Shown here: positions 43,295 through 43,531 of the stretch, in pieces
Layout: every line of letters starts with the position of its first letter
Numbering within the stretch: position 1 is the stretch's first letter
Program-made: the position numbers and the translations under genes
Virus record (IMG/VR): IMGVR_UViG_3300049859_000211
Coordinates: 1 to 43,531 of that record
DNA length: 43,531 nucleotides
Strand: one strand, 5' to 3'
Source: a virus
Taxonomy: Duplodnaviria > Caudoviricetes
The notes under the pieces: generated by a model
The model's database searches: none
Told to the model about the DNA's origin: nothing
Seen by the model: only the letters and a program-made list of their open reading frames with translations

Positions 43295-43322
43295 AAGATA
43301 CACGGATCCTGAAAAGAGTCAA
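43295..43322 (-). promoter_or_regulatory. Promoter of the replication arm
   Basis: TTGACT-N16-TATCTT-N7-ATG; GGATCC in the spacer. Confidence 0.5.
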
Positions 43323-43333
43323 GGGTGGAATGG

Positions 43334-43490
43334 TTGTAAAGAATTAACAACGAATCTAAAATACTTTGTAATGTTTTGTAAAGTTTTGTAAAGAATTAAC
43401 AACGAATCTAAAATACTTTGTAATGTTTTGTAAAGTTTTGTAAAGAATTAACAACGAATCTAAAATACTTTGTAATGTTTTGTAAAGTTT
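43334..43490. repeat. Three perfect 52-bp AT-rich tandem repeats
   Basis: GAATT at 43341, 43393 and 43445; each unit has three TTGTAA. Confidence 0.95.
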
Positions 43491-43531
43491 ACAGCCAACA
43501 CCATATCCCAGCCCATAACCCAGCCCATAAC

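Noticed and set aside
43334-43490. CRISPR array
   Set aside because: Head-to-tail repeats with no spacers.
1-43531. tRNA or rRNA genes and an alternative genetic code
   Set aside because: No cloverleaf or rRNA was recognised by eye (tRNAscan was not run). Long conserved ORFs are intact and use all three stops.

Overview
This window is a 43.5-kb segment of an uncharacterised tailed-phage (Caudoviricetes) genome, standard genetic code. The left end holds packaging genes on the minus strand: a truncated portal, an HExxH peptidase and the large terminase. From 2.7 to 11.3 kb a plus-strand block encodes two glycosyltransferases, two Ala-rich paralogues, a DUF6948-like gene and a tandem array of three (Gly-X)n ORFs. 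The 12.0-15.8 kb stretch is a repeat-bounded, mirror-symmetric island of small divergently transcribed genes. From 16.2 to 43.3 kb a long minus-strand arm encodes three DNA methyltransferases, an RNA ligase, an IS607 element with a pro-Fanzor-type TnpB, intein-containing NrdJ and ThyA, a sugar-modification cluster, a RuvC-like resolvase, PolA, three more Ala-family paralogues and a primase-helicase preceded by 3x52-bp repeats. The best candidate for an undescribed system is two families of modular constant-variable-constant cassettes. Their cores vary at codon positions 1-2 while position 3 is almost fixed (NNT in the Ala family, NNC in the Gly-X family), and their constant 3' ends carry the RBS and start codon of the next gene. 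The Ala family also shows mosaicism between inverted loci 34 kb apart. No reverse transcriptase lies in the window. All assignments come from reading motifs by eye; no database search was run.
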